Source: a virus (Duplodnaviria > Caudoviricetes). From it: a DNA stretch of 40,759 nucleotides. Below, piece by piece: positions 28,410 to 36,335 of this stretch. The position numbers and the translations under genes are program-made. The notes under the pieces are model-generated. The model was given only the letters and a program-made list of their open reading frames with translations. It made no database searches and was not told where the DNA came from. The stretch covers positions 1 to 40,759 of the IMG/VR virus record IMGVR_UViG_3300037484_000639; one strand, written 5' to 3'. The first letter of the stretch is position 1, and every line of letters begins with the position of its first letter.

Positions 28410-29639
28410 ATGAAAAATACAGAAAGCTTAGTAAATTCAGTCGAAATTACACAGGAGCAAACAGATATAAGGCCTTACACAGGGCTACTTACCTTTGATA
28501 CTCCATACATTCCATTTGGAAGCGACAACTTATTTCCAAATGCAATAGCGTTATTTGGAAGGTTATCCGCAAATCATAAAGGTGTTATAAATTCAAAGGT
28601 TAGGTACACAATTGGAAGTGAAATAATTTCTGAGGATCAAAAATTCAAAGGTTTGATTGAATCGGCCAATCTTGAAAAGATGGAATTTCAAGAAATAATT
28701 AAAAGACAAGAAAAAGACTGGAATACGACTGGGAATAAGTACATGGAATTAATTACCGATGGCAGTACATTTCTTTTCTTGAACCATATAGACAGTACGA
28801 AAGTAAGGAAAACAAAGGATAACCAGAGGGTCATAATTCACCCTGATTGGAATTTGTATACTGGAAAAAGTGATAAAAATGCGATGGAACTTCCATTGTT
28901 CCCGAAATTTGACCGAGGAAGCAACTATGAACCTTATAGAAGTGTAGTTCATTATTTTGATTACGAACCAGAATTTTCTTATTATGGTTTACCGTCATGG
29001 ATAGCAGGAAAAGACAATGTCCAAATTGATTATCGTTCAAATAGGTGGAACCTGGCTACATTGATTAACACGGCAAAATTATCAGGAATGCTTATTGTCC
29101 CGGTATCTGATAAGACTGAAAGTGAATTAGTACTTAAAAAAATAAAAGAGCACCACCAGGGCGACATGAACCAAAACAAATTGCTTGTTTTGACGAAAGG
29201 CCGTGCAACTGAAAATCAAAGAGCTGAACAAACACAATATATAAGCGATCAACAGTCCACAAAAACAAATAATAACGGCGACTGGTTACAGCTTCACAAA
29301 ATGAACACCTCTGATCTCATTGTCGCCCATTCTTGGTACCGTGCATTGACATCATTAGACGACAACACAGGGTTCGAAACAGAAAAAATATTAAACGAAT
29401 ATAATATAGCATTAAACAGTTATATTAAGCCGAGACAAAAAACAATCAAAAAACAGATACAAAAGCTGTATAAACAAATACTGAATTGGGACATTGATTT
29501 CTCTTTTATCAATGAAAGCCCGGTTAGTACAGATGACGCAATGTATATATGGGAATTAAGGAGGCAAAAAGGCCTCGATTATGACGAAAACGATCCTAAC
29601 CAACAAAAAATGATCTATAATGGCAGCATTATTAACTGA
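28410..29639 (+). CDS. Portal protein
   Basis: YIPFGSDNLFP; H.GVINSK; YYGLPSW; IVAH; ATG at 28410. Confidence 0.82.
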   Translation: MKNTESLVNSVEITQEQTDIRPYTGLLTFDTPYIPFGSDNLFPNAIALFGRLSANHKGVINSKVRYTIGSEIISEDQKFKGLIESANLEKMEFQEIIKRQEKDWNTTGNKYMELITDGSTFLFLNHIDSTKVRKTKDNQRVIIHPDWNLYTGKSDKNAMELPLFPKFDRGSNYEPYRSVVHYFDYEPEFSYYGLPSWIAGKDNVQIDYRSNRWNLATLINTAKLSGMLIVPVSDKTESELVLKKIKEHHQGDMNQNKLLVLTKGRATENQRAEQTQYISDQQSTKTNNNGDWLQLHKMNTSDLIVAHSWYRALTSLDDNTGFETEKILNEYNIALNSYIKPRQKTIKKQIQKLYKQILNWDIDFSFINESPVSTDDAMYIWELRRQKGLDYDENDPNQQKMIYNGSIIN

Positions 29640-30117
29640 TAGTGAGGTACTTACACTTGCATTTGCAAGGGATATTGATATTAGCCGTATCCCTTCCGGG
29701 TTAACGGAAGCAATTCAATTAAAGCACTTAAAACCGATTCTCCAATCTGATTTTTATGATGCATTGATAGCGGCGCCAACTTCATATACTTCGTTAATCG
29801 CAAAGATAAAGCCATATTTGGCGCATATGGTTAAGTACTATATAATACCAGATATGTATGTGGAATCTACTAATTCAGGGGTTAACAGGATGCAAGGAAG
29901 CAATAGGCAAAATGCTAATAGTTCAGAGCTTGGAATATTGCTTGACCAGGTTTTAAAATTGGCAGATCTATTTTTAGATCAATTGAACGAATTTTTATGG
30001 GACAATAGGGCTAATTACCCTTTATATTCGCACTCAAATAACAGGAGTGCGAATATTGAGGTAGCCGGGGGTATTATTTTTGAAAAAACAAGTAGTTATA
30101 ATATTGATAATGATTAG
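29620..30117 (+). CDS. Head-tail adaptor
   Basis: Follows the portal; Q...LKPIL...Y..L...IKPYLA. Confidence 0.6.
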   Translation: MAALLTDSEVLTLAFARDIDISRIPSGLTEAIQLKHLKPILQSDFYDALIAAPTSYTSLIAKIKPYLAHMVKYYIIPDMYVESTNSGVNRMQGSNRQNANSSELGILLDQVLKLADLFLDQLNEFLWDNRANYPLYSHSNNRSANIEVAGGIIFEKTSSYNIDND

Positions 30118-30120
30118 ATT

Positions 30121-30255
30121 ATGAGCGAAATTTTAGAAATAATTTATTTTGACAGCGAAATAAAATCAGTACTTTCGTTCAAAAGTCAAATAAGGAATAT
30201 TGTTGAATTTGATAGCAAAACAAGGATATTAATAGAATTTAATTCAAAAATATGA
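30121..30255 (+). CDS. 44-aa protein with 10-aa F(D/K/N)S repeat (not in track)
   Basis: MSEILEIIYFDSEIKSVLSFKSQIRNIVEFDSKTRILIEFNSKI; ATGA overlap with the next gene. Confidence 0.55.
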   Translation: MSEILEIIYFDSEIKSVLSFKSQIRNIVEFDSKTRILIEFNSKI

Positions 30256-30548
30256 ATGAAATTATATACATAGGTCAAGAGGCGTTGGAATTAAGGATTG
30301 ATACTAAAATTGACATTAGCTCTGCTAGTTTGTATTTTTTAGGTTACAAGAAACCGGACGGCACCAAGGGCGAAATTGCAGCGGCTTTGAGCGCTGGAAC
30401 TGTAATGAAATATGTTTTTCCTGATGGATCGACATTACTTGACCAGGCGGGCACTTGGCTATTTTGGGCAATTGTTGTTTTCTCAGATGGAAGGCGCGCA
30501 TCAGGGGACGCTTACCCGATTATCGTAAAAAACGAGGGGGACATATGA
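30252..30548 (+). CDS. BppU N-terminal-like Ig-fold virion protein
   Basis: YKKPDGT...Y...LLDQAGTW. Confidence 0.65.
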   Translation: MNEIIYIGQEALELRIDTKIDISSASLYFLGYKKPDGTKGEIAAALSAGTVMKYVFPDGSTLLDQAGTWLFWAIVVFSDGRRASGDAYPIIVKNEGDI

Positions 30549-30718
30549 GTGAAAGAGATAAACGTGTGAATGAATTAGTCACACAAATAACCTTAGAAAA
30601 TTGGGATCGCTTCAAGTATCTATCTTATGATATACATAAGCGTGATACTGAGATGATTACTTTTTTAATCCGGGAATTGGCAATTGAGCGGGCAAAAAAT
30701 GAAATACTTACAAAATAA
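30545..30718 (+). CDS. Hypothetical protein
   Basis: ATGA overlap start at 30545 (MSERDKRV...). Confidence 0.55.
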   Translation: MSERDKRVNELVTQITLENWDRFKYLSYDIHKRDTEMITFLIRELAIERAKNEILTK

Positions 30719-31029
30719 TGGATCTAAAAGGAATAATAATTTCGGGAATTTTCGGAATAATAAGCGGCGTGATTGGTTTTTTTATTGGGCGCCCGAAAAA
30801 TCGGGCAGAAATTAAAGAAATTGAGGCGAAAACATTTTCAAGTCAAATCGACTCTTTGAAGGAAATAATCAATTCTTGGAGGGAAAGAGCTATGGATTTG
30901 GAAAAAATTGTTGAAAGCCAGGCCGAAACAATTCGCGATCTTCAAACTAAGATTGAAGAAATAAGCGAATTAGTCTCAAATCAATGTGATAGTTGTAGTT
31001 ACAAAAAAAAATACAAGAAAAATGCTTAA
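30718..31029 (+). CDS. Putative holin (N-terminal TM plus coiled coil)
   Basis: One TM helix followed by a heptad region, at the end of the late operon. Confidence 0.5.
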   Translation: MDLKGIIISGIFGIISGVIGFFIGRPKNRAEIKEIEAKTFSSQIDSLKEIINSWRERAMDLEKIVESQAETIRDLQTKIEEISELVSNQCDSCSYKKKYKKNA

Positions 31030-31132
31030 GGTAGGTTTAATTTTAGCGGCGTTTTTAATTGGGTTTGTTATCTCGATTATGGCCATATACTTAATTCGGG
31101 AATGGTTTCTTAAAAATAAGAAAAAAAAGTAA
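31022..31132 (+). CDS. 36-aa single-TM peptide (not in track)
   Basis: MLKVGLILAAFLIGFVISIMAIYLIREWFLKNKKKK. Confidence 0.5.
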   Translation: MLKVGLILAAFLIGFVISIMAIYLIREWFLKNKKKK

Positions 31133-31177
31133 GGCTATGACCTTAAATATATTGGTTTTGTTAAGGTAATAGCCTTA
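31130..31177. terminator. Hairpin between convergent operons
   Basis: TAAGGCTATgACCTTAA...TTAAGGTaATAGCCTTA. Confidence 0.6.
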
Positions 31178-31221
31178 AAATTAATTGAAACGACTGCTTA
31201 CGCAGACAGTTATAAAATAAT

Positions 31222-31491
31222 TTAAAAACGTATCCTATTGCTATCAATATGCCATAAAAATTCTTCGACATCATGTCCGAAATGTTTATATTTAATTATC
31301 CACGGATTTTCTTTTACAATGTGTTCATCACACATCATTGGCGGTTCTTGATATACTTCAAGTATTTCATATTGTTTAGCCAGCATTCTAACTTCTTTCC
31401 TTACATTATCAGGAAGTGCCATAATACTTATTAATATCTTTTCGCTTAAACTTTCGATATTATAACTTGGTATTATTAAATTACATCTCAT
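31222..31491 (-). CDS. Hypothetical protein
   Basis: ORF in the minus-strand cluster. Confidence 0.55.
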   Translation of the reverse strand: MRCNLIIPSYNIESLSEKILISIMALPDNVRKEVRMLAKQYEILEVYQEPPMMCDEHIVKENPWIIKYKHFGHDVEEFLWHIDSNRIRF

Positions 31492-31643
31492 AAAAAAACA
31501 TTTTATAACATTAAATTAAATTAAATTAATCATCATCTTTTTTGAATCCAACCAGATCAAAAATTACGGCTGCCAATAACACGACAATTATAATTATCTG
31601 ATATGAGTGTATTTTATAACGGCCTAATTGCATTTTCATATAA

Positions 31644-32228
31644 TTATTTATTTGAATTAAAAAACGCGTACGAAAATCCTAACGGCGTAATACTCCTTAA
31701 TTCTTTTGTTTTATCAGATTTTCCTCCAAGTTTTTTGAAGCCAGGGTATTCTTTTTCAATAGGTTCTAGTCTGTTTTTACTAGGATTATTAAATTTTCCA
31801 AATAACCATGTTTGTTTATTGTACCTTTCATTTTCGTAGTTGTATCCGGCAAAATCACAAGGATTAAATTTGAATTTAACATTTCCGATCCATTTATTCA
31901 ATTTATGAATTCGCGTCATTGGATTTTCCAGTCCCCAAAATTCGGGATTAAAATAATCAATTATTTCCTTTGTTTTTGCTACTAATATTTGGCTATTGGC
32001 GGTACGACCATCAACATCCTTTATTTTGAAATGCTTCGCTCCAGACAGCGCATAATCAGTGCACGGTTGTGCTATTAATATTCCATAAACATTTTTAATT
32101 AAGGAATAATCCCATGTTAGTATATCAATTCCTAACTTTATATCAATTTGTATAACGTTGTACCCATTTTCAGAATAAGGCCTAGACCAATTACCTGAGA
32201 AATCATATAGTGATAGTATTGTTTTCAT
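31644..32228 (-). CDS. Short C5-cytosine DNA methyltransferase
   Basis: ILSLYDFSG (motif I variant), AQPCTDYA (PC catalytic motif), LENP. Confidence 0.8.
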   Translation of the reverse strand: MKTILSLYDFSGNWSRPYSENGYNVIQIDIKLGIDILTWDYSLIKNVYGILIAQPCTDYALSGAKHFKIKDVDGRTANSQILVAKTKEIIDYFNPEFWGLENPMTRIHKLNKWIGNVKFKFNPCDFAGYNYENERYNKQTWLFGKFNNPSKNRLEPIEKEYPGFKKLGGKSDKTKELRSITPLGFSYAFFNSNK

Positions 32229-32584
32229 TTTTTAGAATATAAATCGTTCATATCTTCCTTAGAAATTATAAAACCTTGCGATACCCATCTTTCGCCAATT
32301 ATTACTTCACCATTATTTGATCCTACAAAAGTCCCACCTTTTTCAATTTTTTGGTTCTCAATCCAATCATTACAGTCTGATACCATTTGTTGAAACAAAT
32401 CTCCTATTACTTCCATGTCTGGATTTTCCTTATTTATTTCTTCAAATGCAATCTTACTTGATTCATGAATTTTGGATAACGGAGTATTCAGGTTCCCTAA
32501 TTGCTCAGTAATATAAAATGCTGTTTCCAAAGTAGCAAAAAAAATCCTGAGTCTTTTAATTTGCATTTTCTTTTTAAGTTCCAT
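32225..32584 (-). CDS. Hypothetical protein
   Basis: Overlaps the methyltransferase start. Confidence 0.6.
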   Translation of the reverse strand: MELKKKMQIKRLRIFFATLETAFYITEQLGNLNTPLSKIHESSKIAFEEINKENPDMEVIGDLFQQMVSDCNDWIENQKIEKGGTFVGSNNGEVIIGERWVSQGFIISKEDMNDLYSKK

Positions 32585-32602
32585 ATGTGTAGTTTTAATA
32601 AA

Positions 32603-32842
32603 TTATCCGTTTGAAATCCATCTCTTATTCAAATCATTTTCGTAAAGTGGTAGTTTTCTGCCAGTTGAATCGGTATACTCACTAAGCTGAAAACTCAGCC
32701 CAGTAACATTTTCCCACGCACTTGACATGTTTCGAAGATCTTGTAATACATTTTTATGCCTTTTGCCAACTGCATTAGCCAGATCCATGCTTGTCATGTT
32801 TTCTTTTACAAATTCAATGTTTTCAAATTTCTTTATTTCCAT
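32603..32842 (-). CDS. Rha-family regulator, apparently C-terminally truncated
   Basis: MTSMDLA...GKRHKNVLQDLR...FQLSEYTDSTGRKLPLYE, then a stop within about 11 aa. Confidence 0.75.
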   Translation of the reverse strand: MEIKKFENIEFVKENMTSMDLANAVGKRHKNVLQDLRNMSSAWENVTGLSFQLSEYTDSTGRKLPLYENDLNKRWISNG

Positions 32843-32854
32843 AGTATTCAAATT

Positions 32855-32952
32855 AAAAAAGCCCGAATAGCAGTGATAGCGCACTGTCAAACGGGCTTTA
32901 AGGCTTGTGGCCAATTTCTTTATATTGCGCTATCAATATTTTTACAAATATA
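32855..32952 (-). promoter_or_regulatory. Promoter plus structured leader/attenuator upstream of the Rha gene
   Basis: TATATTTG (minus strand 32945-32952); 10-nt seed 32926-32935 is complementary to 32874-32883 at the apex of hairpin 32858-32899 with a T run. Confidence 0.62.
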
Positions 32953-33013
32953 GTAATTATTTTCCAGTACACCCACCACCGTTATAAAAAATAAATGTTA
33001 AAAAACTTGCACA

Positions 33014-33053
33014 GTGTTGTTATATTTGTTATATTTGTTATAGATTAATAATT
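33014..33053 (+). promoter_or_regulatory. Early promoter copy 1 (40 bp, 39/40 identical to 38426..38465)
   Basis: GTGTTGTTATATTTGTTATATTTGTTATAGATTAATAATT; tandem TAnnTTTG. Confidence 0.75.
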
Positions 33054-33066
33054 CAAAAAAAACAAA

Positions 33067-33318
33067 ATGGAAACATCAACTTATAACACAGAAAAAAAAT
33101 CACAGGACATTAAGTACTTAACTGCTTATGTCGAAATGGTTTGTAAAGAACACAGGCCACAAGATTTAAAAGAATTGATTAGAAAGTATGAAAAACAATC
33201 AGGTGCAATAGTTGATTTGATAGTTATATTTCAAACTAATGAATTTTTAGTTATGGATGGGAAAAAGACCATCCTTAAAATGGTTAATAAGGATGGTAAA
33301 TTAACAAGGGTAATATGA
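33067..33318 (+). CDS. Hypothetical early protein
   Basis: First ORF after the promoter. Confidence 0.65.
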   Translation: METSTYNTEKKSQDIKYLTAYVEMVCKEHRPQDLKELIRKYEKQSGAIVDLIVIFQTNEFLVMDGKKTILKMVNKDGKLTRVI

Positions 33319-33458
33319 TGAAACACCAAAATATATCAGAAGAAATTAAAGAATTGACTGAACCTCAAAAGAAATCAGTTTATGAATTTATACTATTTCT
33401 AACATTTAAGGAAAAATTAACACAGCTTAAAAAAATAATCAATTTATTAGAAACATGA
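33315..33458 (+). CDS. 47-aa DUF2281-like small protein (not in track)
   Basis: MMKHQNISEEIKELTEPQKKSVYEFILFLTFKEKL...; ATGA overlap. Confidence 0.45.
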   Translation: MMKHQNISEEIKELTEPQKKSVYEFILFLTFKEKLTQLKKIINLLET

Positions 33459-33525
33459 AACACATCCAAAAAATAAACGAAGTCCTGACAAAGTCCGAAA
33501 TCGCGGCCTTCTTAAAATAAAAGAT

Positions 33526-33906
33526 ATGAAAATAATTTATTTAAAAAATGAAAAAATTGAATATGAAAAAATCGGTGATATTACCGATAAACTAGATTCG
33601 AGAAATATTCAGCTTGGTGACTATGTAACGCTTGGCAACTATGTAACGCTTGGTGACTATGTAACGCTTGGCAAGTACCAGGTTTTTTCCTCTAACTCAC
33701 TGTATAAGTATGTTGTATCAGCTTATCAGAAAGATAGGGTGCAGATAATTCAACTAGGATGCCGTACGCAAACTAGACAAGAATGGGAAAGCAATTTTTG
33801 GAATAATGATAACGAATTTCCAAATAACGGATCTGAAAAGTCAATCGCAAGGTTAAGAGCGTTCAAAGTTGCATGTTTTTTCTTAGATTCGATTGAACCC
33901 TATTAG
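33526..33906 (+). CDS. Protein with short hexapeptide (left-handed beta-helix-like) repeat
   Basis: LGDYVT-LGNYVT-LGDYVT-LGKY; 18-bp DNA repeats at 33613-33674. Confidence 0.7.
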   Translation: MKIIYLKNEKIEYEKIGDITDKLDSRNIQLGDYVTLGNYVTLGDYVTLGKYQVFSSNSLYKYVVSAYQKDRVQIIQLGCRTQTRQEWESNFWNNDNEFPNNGSEKSIARLRAFKVACFFLDSIEPY

Positions 33907-33998
33907 TTTGAAGCTATGAACTGGTTGCAAAAGTTAGCAAACTTAAAATAAACCCGAACCGCTTTTTTTAATATTTGTTTAATTTAAAATTTTACAAC

Positions 33999-34310
33999 AT
34001 GGGAACATTTTTTCAAATCATTTTGTGGGCGGCTATTGCAACCCTTGTTTACGCAATGTACAAAATTGCTAATCCAAAAAAGCAAAAAGTTACAGAGGTT
34101 GAACAGGATCAAGAGAGTGCAGTTGACAAGCACTTAAGATTGGTGAACGAAAAGTACGAAAACAAGGCGCTGGCCAGCCAGATCAATAAGGCTAAGGAAT
34201 TCACCGGGATCGTTGGTGAAATAATCGACAAAAAAAATAAAAGTAAGGAACAAATTGCAGCTGAAAAAGCTGCGCTCGAAGCGTACAAACAAAGAAATAA
34301 TATCAATTAA
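33999..34310 (+). CDS. Membrane-anchored hypothetical protein
   Basis: N-terminal TM; ATG at 33999. Confidence 0.65.
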   Translation: MGTFFQIILWAAIATLVYAMYKIANPKKQKVTEVEQDQESAVDKHLRLVNEKYENKALASQINKAKEFTGIVGEIIDKKNKSKEQIAAEKAALEAYKQRNNIN

Positions 34311-34355
34311 TCAGTCCCCGGCCATTGCGCCTGGTTTAATTTAAAAATCGTAAAT

Positions 34356-34643
34356 ATGCCAGTACTTAAGCACGAAATAGTGGATCAATTCATAATTGAA
34401 GTTAAACTTATTGATCCGATTAAGGACATAATTTCAAAATTGGAAAATAGAGAGTTTCGGGATTGCGATATAAGTTGGTTAGATAATAAATTAGATGACT
34501 TCATAGAATTTGCAGCCAAAACAATGGGATTCACCAGCATTAAGCAAGCACCACGAGAATTGTATCCTTATATGAATAAATTCGTAAAAGATAGGTTCTT
34601 AAAATATTTCACAGGATTGTTAACTTATTTTGAAAAATTATAA
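34356..34643 (+). CDS. Hypothetical protein
   Basis: ORF. Confidence 0.65.
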   Translation: MPVLKHEIVDQFIIEVKLIDPIKDIISKLENREFRDCDISWLDNKLDDFIEFAAKTMGFTSIKQAPRELYPYMNKFVKDRFLKYFTGLLTYFEKL

Positions 34644-34803
34644 AGATGGAAAATACATTGAAAAAACGAAACCTAACTATCGCCGCTCAAAGCGCTAAAG
34701 CGATACAGGACAACGAAAGCCTAAGCGTTAAGACCCGCGTCGATGCCGGGATCGCTAAGGTGAAATTTATGTTAAAATTAAAATCATTAAAAAAGGAGGC
34801 AAT

Positions 34804-35010
34804 ATGACAAATTGTACAATTTGTGGCAAACCCACACGCAAAAACAGGAACATATGTATAGGGTGTACAAATACCTTAGAGGCAACAAAAAAAGGAGATC
34901 AAGCCTCTGATCACAGCAAAAGAATTGCCGAAAAACACTTAAAAGCAAACCCTGATTTAATTGTATTTAATTTTGGCCTTTTCAGGTCAAAGAAAAAAGC
35001 AGCGTTATGA
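34804..35010 (+). CDS. Small zinc-finger-like protein
   Basis: CTICG...CIGC. Confidence 0.6.
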   Translation: MTNCTICGKPTRKNRNICIGCTNTLEATKKGDQASDHSKRIAEKHLKANPDLIVFNFGLFRSKKKAAL

Positions 35011-35237
35011 AAGTGGTGCGTTTTTTCCCGGTAGAGGGGCTACTGTATGACAAACTACCTATCAACAAAACGGTGCTGAATTTGGTCTTTTTTATAATGT
35101 CGGGGGGAGAAATTCCCCCTATAAAAATACAGAAAACTAAAGACGGCTGGAAGGTCAACGATGGCAGGCATAGATTGGCTGCGTATAAATTATTGGGCAT
35201 GGCAATTATTAGCTGCGTATGTTCAGTTGATGGGTAG
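35007..35237 (+). CDS. Minimal ParB/Srx N-terminal domain protein
   Basis: PPIKI...VNDGRHRLAAYKLLG. Confidence 0.75.
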   Translation: MKVVRFFPVEGLLYDKLPINKTVLNLVFFIMSGGEIPPIKIQKTKDGWKVNDGRHRLAAYKLLGMAIISCVCSVDG

Positions 35238-35266
35238 GGTATTATTAACTTTTTAAAAAATAAATT

Positions 35267-35662
35267 ATGTATAATTCAAACATCAAAACATCCCACCATG
35301 ATTGGGAAAAAAAGAACTTAGTCACCATTTCAAAGAACGGAAAAATGTATGATGAAATGGTATGCAAGAATTGTGGAATGAAAGGGAAAAGGTACGGTTT
35401 TGAATTTGTTGAGGTTTCAAACATTTATAAAGAAAGGAATGTCCATTTGTGCCCAAAAGCGAGACTTGTATTTCTTCCAAAAAAAATTAAAATAACACAT
35501 TGCGGCGCGCATGGTAGGTCATTTGAAAATCTATTAACCGGTTCGATACATGAAGTAGTGACACCCCCACAAGGTTATATTAATGATCATACCGGAGTAT
35601 GGGTAATGGGTGTTGGTGAACCAGTAAAGGTGTTAACTTCTGAATTTATAAAAATCGAGTAA
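35267..35662 (+). CDS. Hypothetical protein with CxxC
   Basis: HDWEKKNLVT...CKNCG. Confidence 0.7.
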   Translation: MYNSNIKTSHHDWEKKNLVTISKNGKMYDEMVCKNCGMKGKRYGFEFVEVSNIYKERNVHLCPKARLVFLPKKIKITHCGAHGRSFENLLTGSIHEVVTPPQGYINDHTGVWVMGVGEPVKVLTSEFIKIE

Positions 35663-35858
35663 CTATGAAACTAAAAATGTCAAGTAAAAATTACAAATCG
35701 TTACAAATCAAAATATACGAAAAAGTATCGCAAGGCTGGGAGGTTGTAAGAGATCCAAAGAAAAATATTTTTGATGTATGGGCTGTAAAAATGCAAAAAA
35801 AAGACCCAAAAGGTCAATTATAAATGTTACATTTGTAACTAATTTAATACAGAAAAAT

Positions 35859-36080
35859 ATGAAAAAAGAGATTTTTAACTTAAATCCACAGGATACCGCT
35901 AAGCTGGTTGAATCTTGCAAAGAAACATCAGTATTAGTGCGCTTACCTTCCGCGGTCAATAAGGAAATTGACTTCATGCTTCTTAACCGTAATTTCGAAA
36001 AGAGCAAAGTCGAAAAGATCACCAAACATGATTTGGTATTAAAATTAATTTGGGCTGGAATTGTTAGTTTGAACAGCTAA
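35859..36080 (+). CDS. Putative ribbon-helix-helix regulator
   Basis: SVLVRLPSAVNKEID...TKHDLVLKLI; own promoter TACATTTG 35828-35835 lies inside the GTTAC..GTAAC inverted repeat. Confidence 0.55.
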   Translation: MKKEIFNLNPQDTAKLVESCKETSVLVRLPSAVNKEIDFMLLNRNFEKSKVEKITKHDLVLKLIWAGIVSLNS

Positions 36081-36090
36081 TATAAAAAAT

Positions 36091-36303
36091 ATGGATAAAT
36101 ATTCTGATGCTTACTTGCAAAGGAGGGTAAATTTTTGGCATTATTATTACAAAGTATACGGAGAAAAACATTCTGATGATACAGCAGATTGGAAAATAAT
36201 CCTAATATACTGGGATAGAATAGTAAACATGGTGTTAAGTGAATTAGAAATACAAGAACACGAAGTTGAGCCAATGTCCAATAGGATTTCAGCTTTATTT
36301 TAG
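36091..36303 (+). CDS. Hypothetical protein
   Basis: ORF. Confidence 0.55.
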   Translation: MDKYSDAYLQRRVNFWHYYYKVYGEKHSDDTADWKIILIYWDRIVNMVLSELEIQEHEVEPMSNRISALF

Positions 36304-36335
36304 CATTCACATAAAAAATAACTAAATAAATTATC

